From positions 62,001 to 126,000 of the forward strand of contig JAUCBJ010008501.1 in the NCBI GenBank assembly GCA_032718475.1: a stretch of DNA of 64,000 bases. Reading direction: 5' to 3'. Positions 49,633 through 61,825 of this stretch are shown one piece after another. Positions within the stretch are counted from its first letter, which is position 1. The number at the start of each line of letters is the position of its first letter. The translations under genes and the position numbers were made by a program. The stretch comes from Nemertoderma westbladi. Lineage: Eukaryota > Animalia > Xenacoelomorpha. Under the pieces are notes generated by a model. It made no database searches and had not been told where the DNA came from. It worked only from the letters and a program-made list of their open reading frames with translations.

Positions 49633-52600
49633 ATGAGTGTCTCAGACAAAGAGGCACTAGAGGACAGCTACGAGACGGCGGCTGGACCGCCGACTGACGA
49701 TAGCGTCAATATTACTGTTGACGACAATGCCGACTATGACGACGCAGCGAGTGATGCTGACGTAAGTGAACAGGAGGACGAGACAGTGACTAGTGAGGAA
49801 GAACAACAACCTCAAGTAATAGTATTAGGATCCCCTACCGCTACTGTAAGGAAGGACTGTACAGCAGCCCGGACAGAGGTGAGTGATAGGGAGGGTAGTG
49901 TAGCAGAAGCGAGAGCCCGGAGCCCGGTTTCCAGACCTGTGGGTATGGTAAGTGCCGTGGTCCCGACGGCTGTTAGGAGTACCCGTAGTTCCCAAAATAA
50001 TCCTTCAAGTCCACCGAGTGTAAGTCAGGTAAGCGAGAGAGAACTTGATATCGCGATAAAGAAGAAACTTCGCGCGCACGCCGGACATATAATCCGGACG
50101 GCGGACAAGGTAAGGAAAATGTTAGCCGACTCAGCGAACATCGGGAGGGTAGAGTTAGCAGAGATTAGAAGAGGATATAACTCAGCGTTATTCAAGCAGA
50201 CGGAGGAGCTTGCAGTCCTAGCGAAGAAGGCAGTAGAGTCTCAGTCGAGCGACGTGGCGACGAGGATTTACGACAGGGTTTTAGCAGCCTTGTTGGAGCA
50301 CCGCGAGTTATCGGAGCGATTCCGACGAGTTAGGACGGAGAACTGGCTGCTATGGGCATCACAAGCGCAGGCGACTCAGGTGAGTGACGCAGAGTTGAGA
50401 GACTTAGTGGAGCGAGAAGAGATCCAAGACAAGGAAGAGCGCCGTTATCAGAGGGAAGTTACTAGCTGGCTGATGCAGAATGGAGTGGTGGTACCGGGCC
50501 AGGTGCTACCGACGACGGAGAACATCCAACAGAGGACGTTGACTCCACCCGATGACGCATCTAGAGACAGCGGCGATTCCCAGGTTAGTCACGCGCGAGG
50601 TAAGATTATATGTGCTAGATCCCTTGTTACGCACAACTCGGCGGAGGAAAGAAGACGCCGACTGGACGAACAACAGGCGGAAGTTTTGCGTGCATCGGAA
50701 GCACGGAAGGAAGCCGAGCGGGAAAGGGAGCGCACACGTAAGTTGGACGCAGAGTTACGAGAGTTGGAAGAGATAAGTAAGCGCGAGCGAGAGGAACGCG
50801 AGCAAAGGGAACGCGAACTCCAAGCCGAGCGCGAGCGCGAGGAACTCGAACGCGAACAGAGAGAACGCGAACTCCAACTTGAATGCGAACGGGAAGCGAA
50901 GAAACGCGAACTCCAACTCGAACGCGAACAGGAAGCGAAGAAACGCGAACTCCAAGCCGAACGCGAGCGCAAGAAACTCGATCGTGAACAGAAGGAGTGC
51001 GAGCTTCAACTCGAACGCGGACGCAAGGAACGCGAACTCGAGATCGAAAAAAGAAGACGCGCATTGTATGAAGAAAAGGCGCGAGTGGAAGAAGAGAGCG
51101 CAGCGAGACGAGCGAGGGAAGAAGAAGAGCGTAAACTGGCGCAGTTGGAAAGTGCGAGATTAAGTTTAGAGAGCGAAGAACGGACTAGGAAGGCGAACGA
51201 AATCGCCGAGAAGGGGATGCGAATGATCGAAGAATGTGGGGCGAGTGTAGGGACAGAGTTGCGAGAGCTGTTCGCACTGCAGAAGGCCGAACAGGAAGCG
51301 AGAACTCCGACTATACGCGAGTCGACGACGTCCAGAATTCCTATACCCGGTCCAGCTATTACGAGTACACGGATCGCTAAACCGTTCTCTACATATCGCA
51401 CGCCAGTTGGTATTAGTGCTTCACCCATCGCCCAGGATCTACGTCATCGGAACACCGCACCACTATACACCGAACGAGCGAATGGAGAATTTAGAGAAGA
51501 AACTCCGACAGGACGAGTATTGGGCGAACCGAACCCGCGGGTTTGGAATACGCGGACGGAGCGCCGACCCAGTTCGACGGAGAACTTCCGGGTTAAACCG
51601 GAAGAGGGATCATATGAGAGACAGCGGATTACTCAGATAGAGCCGACTATACAACAGAACCCTAGCCAGGAATTTATTACGAGGGATGAGTTAAGTGCTA
51701 GTTTAGCGCAAGCTTTATCGCCGCACATCCAACCTATAACGGACCTGCTTAGCAACCTACGGTTAAAGGAAGCAGCCCAGGTAAGAAGTAATTCTAATCC
51801 TAGCAGGCCTGAGTTAGATAAAGTCCAGCCTAGTCAACGAGTACGCATATCGGAGGAGACTATACCACATAGACCTCAGGTAAGGACGCCTGTCCCGAAT
51901 ATTCATAATCCCAACTTCGAAAATTCGGCCGAGAAATTTATACAAGATGCTTGGGTCAGGGCCTCGGCGCGCAAACCATCGCGAGCGCTAAGGACTGACA
52001 CTGAGTCAAGCGATGAAGAGGAAGAAATGAGACGTCAGAAGTCCCGAAACTATAAGGAAAGAAGGACGGACGCGGAGCAGGTAAGTTGGAACCACCGGGA
52101 AAGGACCAGACTTAACAACCCTGCGGAACTAAACCATTTGTTAACCCGGAACGACGCAACCCTTAGGGACATAGGTAAGTTTGCTGCTAGGCAAGGACTG
52201 CCGACGCAACAACCCCAGAAGTTTATGGGCAACCATAAGCATTGGAGGACCTTCAAAACCTATGTCGACGAGCAGCTAACCAACAGCACCTTTACTCCCA
52301 ACGAGAAGTTCAACTATTTGCTTCAGATGCTCCATCGAGAACCTAGAGCCATTGCTGATAACTTCGTCGGCAATGAAAGGGCATTCGAATTAGCGATGAA
52401 GACGCTTAGCGACATCTACGGGAATAAAACGAAGATGGCGCAGTCGATAGTAGAAGACTTGGGTAAGGGCGGAAGGATTACAACTCCGTTAGAGCTGTTG
52501 AACTTAGCGAACGCTATTTCGAACGCATTGGACATCTTGAGGACGGTGAATCTACCTCATCATGGTGATCACGCCGAAGTTTTGAAGAGCATAATAAGAC

Positions 52601-55600
52601 GTCTAAACATGCGTTACCGACAGAAATGGCGCAAATTAGAGAATAAGTTGGAGGGCTAAGGTAAAGTATTGACACTTCAGCATATTCATGACATGATAGC
52701 CACAGACGCAGTAGCAGAGATGAAATCAAACTTCTCAGAAGAGAATATGAGGGAGTCTAAACCTGTTACCGGTAAGTCTATGGTAAGTTTTGACGATGAC
52801 AGGACCACTGTGACTTATAACTCAGTAGACAGATATAATTCGAGTACCCCAGCCTTTAGATCAGACTCGCGAGTATGGTCAGGTGAGCGGTTAGATAGAC
52901 CTAGGTTAAAGCAACAGGAGTTGCCAGATGGATTTGTAGGTTGCCAATACTGTTTACTAAAGGAGGTAAGATCTGACGACCATAAGTTAGATAGTTGCAG
53001 ACGGTTCAAAGAATTAAATTCGGAACAGAGAAGAGTTCAAGTGCGGACGTTGGACACCTGTTGGGCATGTCTTGCGCCAGGTCATGTACGGCGGCAGTGC
53101 CCGAACAGCAAGGACGGATGCATGGAGTGCGGCAGACTACATCACAAGTTGCTACATGCGGATTTCCACACCCCAACGGACCGTTACTTACAGCGAAATC
53201 CTCACAGGAAGGGGAGCAAAGAACCCGTATCGATAAGGAGGAATACGTACACCGGCATTCAGGACGATGGTTACCAACCAGGTTCGTCGGACGAGGATGG
53301 CGAGTCGAGCGCGAGAGAAGTGACCTGCCAAGGTTTCACTGCGGATAGTTCATCGACCAGCGCGCGGACGTATTTATCATCGGCCACGTCGGAAATATTT
53401 AGCGTAATTCCGGTGAAACTCACTGGCGATAAGGGATCGAAACGAATATATGTGATGTTGGACACTGCGTCCACATTATCCTATATCGACGAGGAAGTGG
53501 CGAGAGCCGTTTCTAGCTTCCAGGACGCCGAGGAGATCCAAATAGAGTTGAAGTCTATGCACGGGGTAGGAGACCTCAAGGGACACAGGATATCTTTAGA
53601 ACTAGATTCCCTACTTCCGAGAGACCAACACACTCGACAAGAACGGAAAGCTTTGCCATTGGACGGATTTAAGTGTCTAGCTATGAAGGGATTCGGCAGG
53701 CAGTTAGGTAAGGTGCCGCCGATGAGTCCCATAGCACAGGAGTATTTTGACAAGCTCAGGATACCCAGACACCAGGTAGGTTATAGGAATGTTTCTATGT
53801 TGATTGGTGCAGAACAGCTGATCGCACACCAAATATGGGAAACGAGACCAGCTGAGCCGCATGTCAATGGACCACATGCCCATAGGACCATACTAGGTTG
53901 GTATACACGAGTACCCATGTCTTATGAGTTTACAGGCGGCGACAAGCCAATAAACAGATACGACGAATTACAGCCTATAACTCAACCACCGTTAGTAGAA
54001 CCACCAGACATAGACGAGTTTAGGAGAACCTGTATTGACCACTATAGTGACTTTAGCGAGTCAGACGAGGAGTTGATTCCTGATAATGTTAGGTTGTCGG
54101 AACCACTTCATGATGACCGGACAGATAGTGAACCCGAGGACTACTGTTATCAGACCCGTGGGTCTGGTTCAGCGGCCCACGATACTTATCTGAGTAACGT
54201 TTTGACTTATACAGATATAGTGGAGGGCCAAGTGGCTAAATATCGAGACCTAGACATTTTCCAGTACAGTGAGGAGGAATTACAGAAGGAATTGATACGC
54301 CAGGACCTCGAGACAGGAGCCAGAACCGTCGAATGGCTGGATAGGGACGCAATGGAACCCGGTGGATATGACCTAGCCATGTCTACTGATGAGAAGCGGT
54401 CGCTGGAGATGATGGAAGATACCATACGTCTACTACCGACTGGACATTTTGAAGTTGGAATGTTGTGGCGTCGACAACCACCTAAGTTGGAGAACAACTA
54501 CAATTTAGCCTTGAAAAGATTAAACGGAGTAAGGGCTCGGTTGTTGAAGAATCCAGGCATTAGGGATAAGTATTGCGCCCAGATCAACAACTATTTCGCC
54601 AAGGGATTTGCTGGGAAGGTAGAGGACCCTGACTTAGTGACAGACCAGACTTATTACCTTCCACACCACTATGTGACTCACCCTGACAAGCCTGACAAAG
54701 TCCGAGTAGTCAACGACTGCGCAGCAGTCTATAGAGGTATGTCCCTGAATTCAGAGTTGATGGACGGACCCAACCTGAACAATTATTTGATTGGAATACT
54801 GTTGCGTTTTAGACAGCGGCGATTCGCATTTACTTGTGACATCGAGGCGATGTTCCACCAGGTAAGAGCCTGTAAGGCAGACCAGGATAGCCTTCGCTTT
54901 CTCTGGTACGAGAATGAAGACTTATCCGGCCCAGTGGTTACATATCAAATGTACGTTAGGATATTTGGCGCCCGCGATAGTCCGAATGGCACGCTGTTCG
55001 TTTTAAAGAAAACGGCAACAGCCCAGATTGGTAAGTACCCAGTAGAAGTAATCGAGTCCATCTTGAGAAACTTCTACATGGACGACGGATTGGTGTCCAA
55101 GGACACGGCGGAACAAGCCATAGAAGTGGCTCACGGCCTGCAAGAGTGCTTGGCTACAGGGGGATTTCCTCTGACCAAGTTCACTACCAATTCGGAGGCC
55201 CTATTAGAGTCGTTCCCGGTGAAAGATCGCGGGAGCGGAGACATAGAATTGGGGGTAGAACCAATCCCCATGGCGCGAGTACTGGGACTCGCTTGGAACC
55301 CGAACTCAGACAAGTTCCAGGTAAGAGTTAGATTTGAGCCCAGTAGCCCAGACAAAGTTTTGACAAAGAGGATTTGCTTATTGACATTAAGTAGACTATT
55401 TGACCCGATGAACTTTATCAGTCCGGTAATATTACAGGCACGAGCGTGCATGAGGAAAATTTGGTTGTCCGACGTAGAGTGGGACGAACCAATATCTCCT
55501 ATACATGCAAAGCAGTGGAGGGAGTGGGAAGCCGAGTTACATCTATTGAAAAACATAGACGTACCCCGTTCCTACTTTCCGAATCAGTTGGTATTCCCAG

Positions 55601-58053
55601 CTGATCTCGAACTGCACTTATTCAGTGACGCAAGTGACACCGGCTTTGGTATGGTAGCCTACCTTCGCCGAGAGGTAAGTCAGGACAAATTTGAGACGGC
55701 CTTTGTGACTTCTAGATCAAAGACAATGCCGGTCAAATACATGACTGTCCCTCGTGCAGAGTTACAGGCGGCTGTAGTTTCGGTCGAGGTAAGTAAGCAA
55801 ATAACTGAGGAGTTAGACACGACATTGACCTTATTCTATTGGACGGACGCATCCTTGGTGTTAGTATACATTGCGGCCGACAATATTGCACTAAAGACAT
55901 TTGTGGCCAACAGACGCGCTCAGATCGTTGACTTTTTGACGAAGGAACAATGGAGACATTGTCCGGGAGTGTTGAACCCGGCCGACATAACTTCGAGAGG
56001 TGCAATGCCGGCGGAATTCTGTCAGGAAGAGTCGCAAGAGTTTTGGTTGCATGGACCTGATTTTCTAACAAGGACACAGGAACATTGGCCAGAGCGACTA
56101 AAGATAGTGACCAATCCGATGCCTGAAGATGCAGAAGTCAAGGTGGAGAAAGTCTCTAAGTCGAAGTCTAAAGCCAAACTTATGTCATTGGAGCGGCCTG
56201 AAGAGTCATTGGAGCGGCCTGAAGAGTCATTGGAGCGGCCCGGAGACCTGTCAGACCAACAGACTTACGTGACTACTAGGTCCGGAAGGGTAAGTTATGA
56301 CATCAAACCACCCTTACAGACTGGACGACAGTCACAGTTGGTAAGCGACGGACAGAAAATGACCGACACAATGGAGTCTTTGGTTTCCAAACCTGCGGGT
56401 TTGGATTCGAAACTTCCATTAACTAGCGGACAACCGTCGCTGGCATTAGAGTCATGCAGTATTTATGACAAATTACTAAATTCGTCTGCCTCTTGGCTGA
56501 CAATTTGTAAAAGAACTGCGTGGTTAAGCCGATACATTTTGTACCTTTGTTTAAAACATTTGAAATATTTGAGAGAACCATTGAGCACCAATAGTGAGCG
56601 AATTCGGAAATTGAAACAACCTCTGACAGAGGATGAGGTTGATCAAGCGGAATTAAAGCATTTGAAGCATTATCAAATGTGTGCCTTCCCTAAAGAATTC
56701 CATCTATTATCGGCTCAACGACCAGTTCTCTATAAACCCCTTAGAAAATGGAGTCCATTAATCCATAAGGGTTTGATTTGTCATAGATCGAGAATCCAGA
56801 CTGTCGACATAAACTCACAGTTTCGGTTCCCAGTGATAATCCCTAGTCACCCGATAGAATTGCAAAGAGCGATTCTATGGGATATACACAAGAGGTTGCA
56901 TCACGCGGGAAAGTTACACTGTTTGTCGGCAGCGAGACAGCGATTCATTCTATTGCAGCCAAGCAGGGCAGTCGGCACTATGTATGACGCCTGTCTGGTT
57001 TGCAAGAGGGTGAACGCCAGAGTATTGGAACAGGAGATGGCTGAACTCCCGGAAGCGAGAGTGCAGGCATATGACCCACCCTTTACGAACACAGGGGTGG
57101 ATTGTTTTGGTCCGATTGAGGCAAAGAGTGGACGGCTGACCCACAAGCGATGGGGTCTGCTACTGACATGCATGGCTAGTAGAGCCATACACATCGAGCG
57201 TGTGGCAGACATGTCGACCAAATCTCTGCTCCTGGCCTTGAAGAGGAGATTTATGGCCAGGAGAGGACTAGTAAAGGCGTTCTACTCCGATAAGGGTACA
57301 AACTTTGTCGGAGGGAATAGCGAGTTGAACGCGGCTCATAAAGCGGCACAGAATAAGGAAATTTCTGCAGCACTTTTGCCGCAACGAGTAGAATGGAGAT
57401 TCAATACTCCAGAGAGTCCTTGGAGAGGAGGAAGTTGGGAGCGTTTAGTTCGCTCTGTAAAGCAGGCCATTGCTAAGACGTTGCCTGTGAACAAACAACT
57501 TACCGATGACGAACTGGTCACAGCTTTCATTGAAATCGAGCATACCCTAAACTCGAGGCCGATAGCTATGTTACCAGACGGTGTTGCATTAACGCCGAAT
57601 CATTTGCTAATGCAGAGTCCTGCATTTCTTGTGCCGGCATCAGAACCCATTAGTGCCGACCTATATAGTCGTAAAAGCTGGAAAGTAACACAGTTAGTGG
57701 CGTACACATTCTGGGAATATTGGCGGGAATACTATCTTCCCACCATATCTACCAGAACAAAGTGGTACAAAACGGTTCGGAGTCTCCAAAGGGGAGATTA
57801 CGTATTGATAATCGAACCGATTGTCAAGAGAAAGTATTGGGAGACAGGAGTGATCTTGCACACACACCCAGACGTGCAAAACATAGTGCGCACAGTCACT
57901 GTGAAAATTAGGTGCAAGTGTCCACACCCAAAAAAGTGTAAAACTAATGGTTTACACACCTTGGACCGACCGGTCCAAGATATTGTGTTATTAGAGGAGA
58001 CACGTATCGAGACGGGAGATTATAATTTGTCTCCTGCCTCAAAACAGAGTTAG
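49633..58053 (+). pseudogene. BEL/Pao gag-pol polyprotein (~2806 codons) with one in-frame TAA at 52657
   Basis: ORFs 49633-52659 and 52669-58053 are in frame; Gag core (EKFNYL...LSDIYGN), three Cys/His knuckles, LDTAS protease, YMDD RT, FSDAS RNase H, GVDCFGP/SDKGTNF/GGSWER integrase. Confidence 0.93.
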
Positions 58054-58812
58054 TGTTGGACGCAACTCACTTCGTATGCATTCCTCGTATGCAAATACAA
58101 GGAGATGCATAGGAGCGGGGTTGTGGTGATTTGCGTTGAGTTTTGTCTAGTGGGTATCAAAACAAAATTTTATTTTCAAAATTTTGGAAAATTTAAAATT
58201 TTTAGAAAATTAGAAGTGAACCCAAGACAATTCCAGACGCTGTGTATAGACGCGTTTTAGAATTCGTCTATAGATAAACAGTAATTTGAAAAGTCGTGAA
58301 GCCTGGAAAATAGCATTTAGAAACCATGGTGACGGCTATATTACGTAGGAGTGTAAATTGAGTTTAGCAACTTCCACAGATTGGTGCCAACAGTGCAACT
58401 AAGGTGCTAAAGGTTAGTAGCACCAGAGGCGTACATGGACCCCACTCAGTAGTTTGCAGGATGTGTGATGTTCGATTATCAAACCTGTGGGTTTGGTATA
58501 GTCGAGTATTGTGGCTATGGTCCTTTCTAACTACTGTAGTTTAGTACGAGTAATGGGAGTAGTTTGGGCATCAAAAAGTGAGTTGATCACGGCCAGTTTA
58601 TCTCCAAAGTTTTTGCGCTATGCATGGGAATAGGTTAGAGGATAGTTAGTTAGGAAGAGACGGGATCTAGAGAGTCGAACCTGAACTGCTGGAAGGCGGG
58701 GGGGGTTCGGGAGGTCTGTCCTTCGGCGACATCTAACTGATTTACCCACAGTGTAATTGGTTACGTAACGGCACTTATTGGGATATATATATATGTATAT
58801 ACGCGAGGCATA

Positions 58813-59826
58813 ATGGAGAGGGATATTAGAGCGCAACCGTGCAGAGGATTTACTGCCAGAGAGGAGGCGGAGCTACCATTCGCGCAACCAGGATGTAAAG
58901 ACTCTAACGTTTACTACCATGGGCGGTCCGTGATGGAGCTGAACGGGAAATACAAGCCATGTTATGATAAGGAATTACGGAGGGAAAGAATGAGAGCGTT
59001 GGGGGACCGGATGGAAGTTTTGCGGAGAGAGTATCGCACGCGGTATCCCTACGACTTCGCTTTGGACGTGTGCGACATTAGCGCAGATCCGGACGAGGAA
59101 ATCGCACGACTATACCATATGAATATGTATTTACGACATGAGGAGCCTCTACCTGCACTCCGAGACCAGTTCGACGGAATGCATCTGTACCGGAGGACTC
59201 GAGGTGAGGATCAGGAGACGCCGAAAGTCTTCAGCGTGTACAAGCTGTTCTACAAGTGTGGTGAATGCATGAATAAGCAGGACGTGGCGATTCCCGACCG
59301 ATTAGACGAGCAACATCCAGAACCGATATTAACGCGATGTCCAGCTCACCAATTCCTTAGATATAACGAGGGAGGTTACCCGATGAGCAACCCGATGATC
59401 AGTATCGACTTCAGCGGAAAGCGACCTCCGAGACCCATTACGCCGACCGTTACGACATTAGATCCGTATACGGAGATTAAACCCTGTTCGACACCCAGTT
59501 TGATAGAGACGGCAGCGGCCATTTCGCTGTACCGAGCCTACAAGGATCTAGAGGCGCGGCGCGAAGCGGCGCGGGACTCGGGTACCAAACCCGCGGGTTT
59601 GGAGCTCTCGAGTCCCTGGACTGCGTTTACTTCACCTCACCGAGTGAGAAGCCTCACACCTGAGCATCAGGACGACATAGACGCGTTGCGGCAGGAGAAG
59701 CTAGCGGCGAAGGCGAAAGAGTTATTTGAGAACAGGATAGCGGAGTATAATAAGACCGCGGATAGACATCAAGAGGAAAACGGAGGAATCACTGCAGGAT
59801 TGGAGGGTGATGTTCTACGACAATGA
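58813..59826 (+). CDS. BEL accessory ORF A, unknown function (337 aa; possible CxxC...CxxH zinc site); may be the N-terminal part of the exonuclease protein
   Basis: ATG-initiated complex-sequence ORF between pol and the 3' LTR; overlaps the next ORF, which is in the +1 frame. Confidence 0.7.
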   Translation: MERDIRAQPCRGFTAREEAELPFAQPGCKDSNVYYHGRSVMELNGKYKPCYDKELRRERMRALGDRMEVLRREYRTRYPYDFALDVCDISADPDEEIARLYHMNMYLRHEEPLPALRDQFDGMHLYRRTRGEDQETPKVFSVYKLFYKCGECMNKQDVAIPDRLDEQHPEPILTRCPAHQFLRYNEGGYPMSNPMISIDFSGKRPPRPITPTVTTLDPYTEIKPCSTPSLIETAAAISLYRAYKDLEARREAARDSGTKPAGLELSSPWTAFTSPHRVRSLTPEHQDDIDALRQEKLAAKAKELFENRIAEYNKTADRHQEENGGITAGLEGDVLRQ

Positions 59827-61825
59827 AGGAGGGTCCCATCAGGAATGTTTGACCAGCAAGTGTTTTCAAATTCGTGCGGCCGATGGTGTGACTCATGTGT
59901 TTATGCGTGTGAGGGCGGATCGAGAGAGACCGGAGCCCATCATAACGACACAATATCGGAAGGGGAAGGATCCTAGGGAACAGATTTTGGAGGTATGCAG
60001 GCGAGGAGGTATGCACGGAGCGGAGCGTATCGACGCCAGGATGTTACCCAAGAAAGTTAGAGAGGCTATTCTCAACCAAGATTACGTCAAGGTGGGATCG
60101 GGAATCCAGAGCGATTTGGAGAGCGACTTCAACGCCATGACTGATCTGGAAGATAGATTGCCGAGACCGTTTGTCGACACCAAGCTATTGTTGCTATGGG
60201 CACAGGATATTGGAATTTATAGGGAGTATCCCAACTCTGCCAAGGCTGGTATGGGCTTTATAGCACACTTGTTGTATAATTGGGACTTTAAGTTAAAGAC
60301 GCAGAAGAAGTACGAGGAGGCGTATGGCGAATACAACACGCCACCGGGAGCGGAGTTCAAATCCCACTTCAAGCGGCAAGCGTTAGTGTATTGGAACATT
60401 TGCGCGCCACCCCGTGCGTCGCTACAATATTATTTGGTGCTTGAGTCGAACACGGTGACTTGTTTATTAGCGGATATCGTTGCGCGAGTTTTGAAGCGTC
60501 ATCCATTGGTATTCGGAGGAGATCAATACGTTCGCTCGAAAGGGGGAATCCAATCCGACGTGATGAAGCATTTCTTAACCCCGTTCTTCAACCAATCGTT
60601 AGAGAATACGTCGATGGTTAGGAGAGGATTAGCGATATTCGAAGGAGTATATCGACAGAACATCGGAGATTTGGGAGACCGACCGTCGATGGAATATCCG
60701 ACGCCAGAAGCTTTGGAAAGGTGGTTCGGGAATCAAACCCGCGGGTTTGGTACTCCCTTCCACTCGGAGGCTGATAGACCTGTTAAGGAGGGCTGGCCGG
60801 AGACGTTAGTAGAGGTGTTCGGAGTAGATCTTCCGGTGGAGAAGACATATCCGAAACGAACGCGGGAGGAAATATTGGAGATAGAGGACAAGGGCGAGGA
60901 TGTTTACTTTGTTCCGGATCGACAACCGTTGACTGGAGAGGACGACATCGTATTAGACATTGGGAAGGAAGGAAGTGCGAAACCGATTGGAGACCTCATA
61001 TACGAGAGGGCCTGGTTTCCACAAGCGCGTAGGTGCAAATTGTGTGGCAGCACAAGGCACAATCTAAAGTCGTGCGACGCGGTAGTAGAGGCGGCGCATA
61101 AGGTCTGTCGTTGGTGTAATGAGACCGACCATTCGTTTCACACGTGCACCGTCTTCATTTCTCAATGTGGATATTGTGGGGTAAAGGGACATCGTAGCGC
61201 GAGATGTCAGCTGCGAGATGATTCCTTTCAAAACCATAGCGCTAACCTACTTCGGGAGATGTTAGATAAGTGGGAGAGTGTGGCGGATTACCATATTCAA
61301 GCGCAGATGCGTTGGTTACCATTTAAAGCGGGATATGGGTTTTGGGCGGTAGACCCATCTCATGTTGCGTACGAGCCATATCTACAATCGCTACCACAAT
61401 ATCAGGAGCTCATCCTAACTGCTCAAGACCTTCCACAGAACACTGGAGTTATCGTAGTTCGAGAGTACTTCAGACAATTGAACATGGACAATAAGTACAC
61501 ATGGAACTTCGTTGCTGTTTGCGATCGCATCACGAAGGGTGTATTTACGGAGACTAGAAAAGTGGTACGCGCGCGAGGTGATTGGAGGATGGCGGCTATA
61601 CAATACCGCAACGAATTCTTGTTGACTCATGTACCAGTGGGTTCATTGACCGCTGAGAGGATACAGGAGCAAAGGATCGCAGCGACCACAGCGACGACCG
61701 CTGGAGCTCAAAGCTCGCGGAAAGAACCAGGAGGAGGGGTCCAAGACAAGCGTCAAGTCAAGGACGACCACTACCACTCGATTATAGAAGCACAACGGTT
61801 ACCTAAAGAGGTGAGGTCTCTATAG
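59807..61825 (+). CDS. BEL accessory ORF B: DEDDy 3'-5' exonuclease (WRN/Mut-7/RNase D-like) + three CCHC zinc knuckles
   Basis: FYDNE (ExoI), LPKKVREAILNQDYVKVGSGIQSD (ExoII), FVDT, W...QYYLVLE (ExoIII-like); CKLCGSTRHNLKSC, CRWCNETDHSFHTC, CGYCGVKGHRSARC. Confidence 0.8.
   Translation: MMFYDNEGGSHQECLTSKCFQIRAADGVTHVFMRVRADRERPEPIITTQYRKGKDPREQILEVCRRGGMHGAERIDARMLPKKVREAILNQDYVKVGSGIQSDLESDFNAMTDLEDRLPRPFVDTKLLLLWAQDIGIYREYPNSAKAGMGFIAHLLYNWDFKLKTQKKYEEAYGEYNTPPGAEFKSHFKRQALVYWNICAPPRASLQYYLVLESNTVTCLLADIVARVLKRHPLVFGGDQYVRSKGGIQSDVMKHFLTPFFNQSLENTSMVRRGLAIFEGVYRQNIGDLGDRPSMEYPTPEALERWFGNQTRGFGTPFHSEADRPVKEGWPETLVEVFGVDLPVEKTYPKRTREEILEIEDKGEDVYFVPDRQPLTGEDDIVLDIGKEGSAKPIGDLIYERAWFPQARRCKLCGSTRHNLKSCDAVVEAAHKVCRWCNETDHSFHTCTVFISQCGYCGVKGHRSARCQLRDDSFQNHSANLLREMLDKWESVADYHIQAQMRWLPFKAGYGFWAVDPSHVAYEPYLQSLPQYQELILTAQDLPQNTGVIVVREYFRQLNMDNKYTWNFVAVCDRITKGVFTETRKVVRARGDWRMAAIQYRNEFLLTHVPVGSLTAERIQEQRIAATTATTAGAQSSRKEPGGGVQDKRQVKDDHYHSIIEAQRLPKEVRSL

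Noticed and set aside
56186-56245. 21-bp triplication (SLERPEE x3) between RNase H and integrase
   Set aside because: Ordinary in-frame slippage in a linker; its match to the ttggagcgg before the 3' LTR is probably chance
58813-61825. env gene in the ORF3 position
   Set aside because: No signal peptide, furin site or transmembrane segment visible; motifs indicate a nuclease and zinc knuckles
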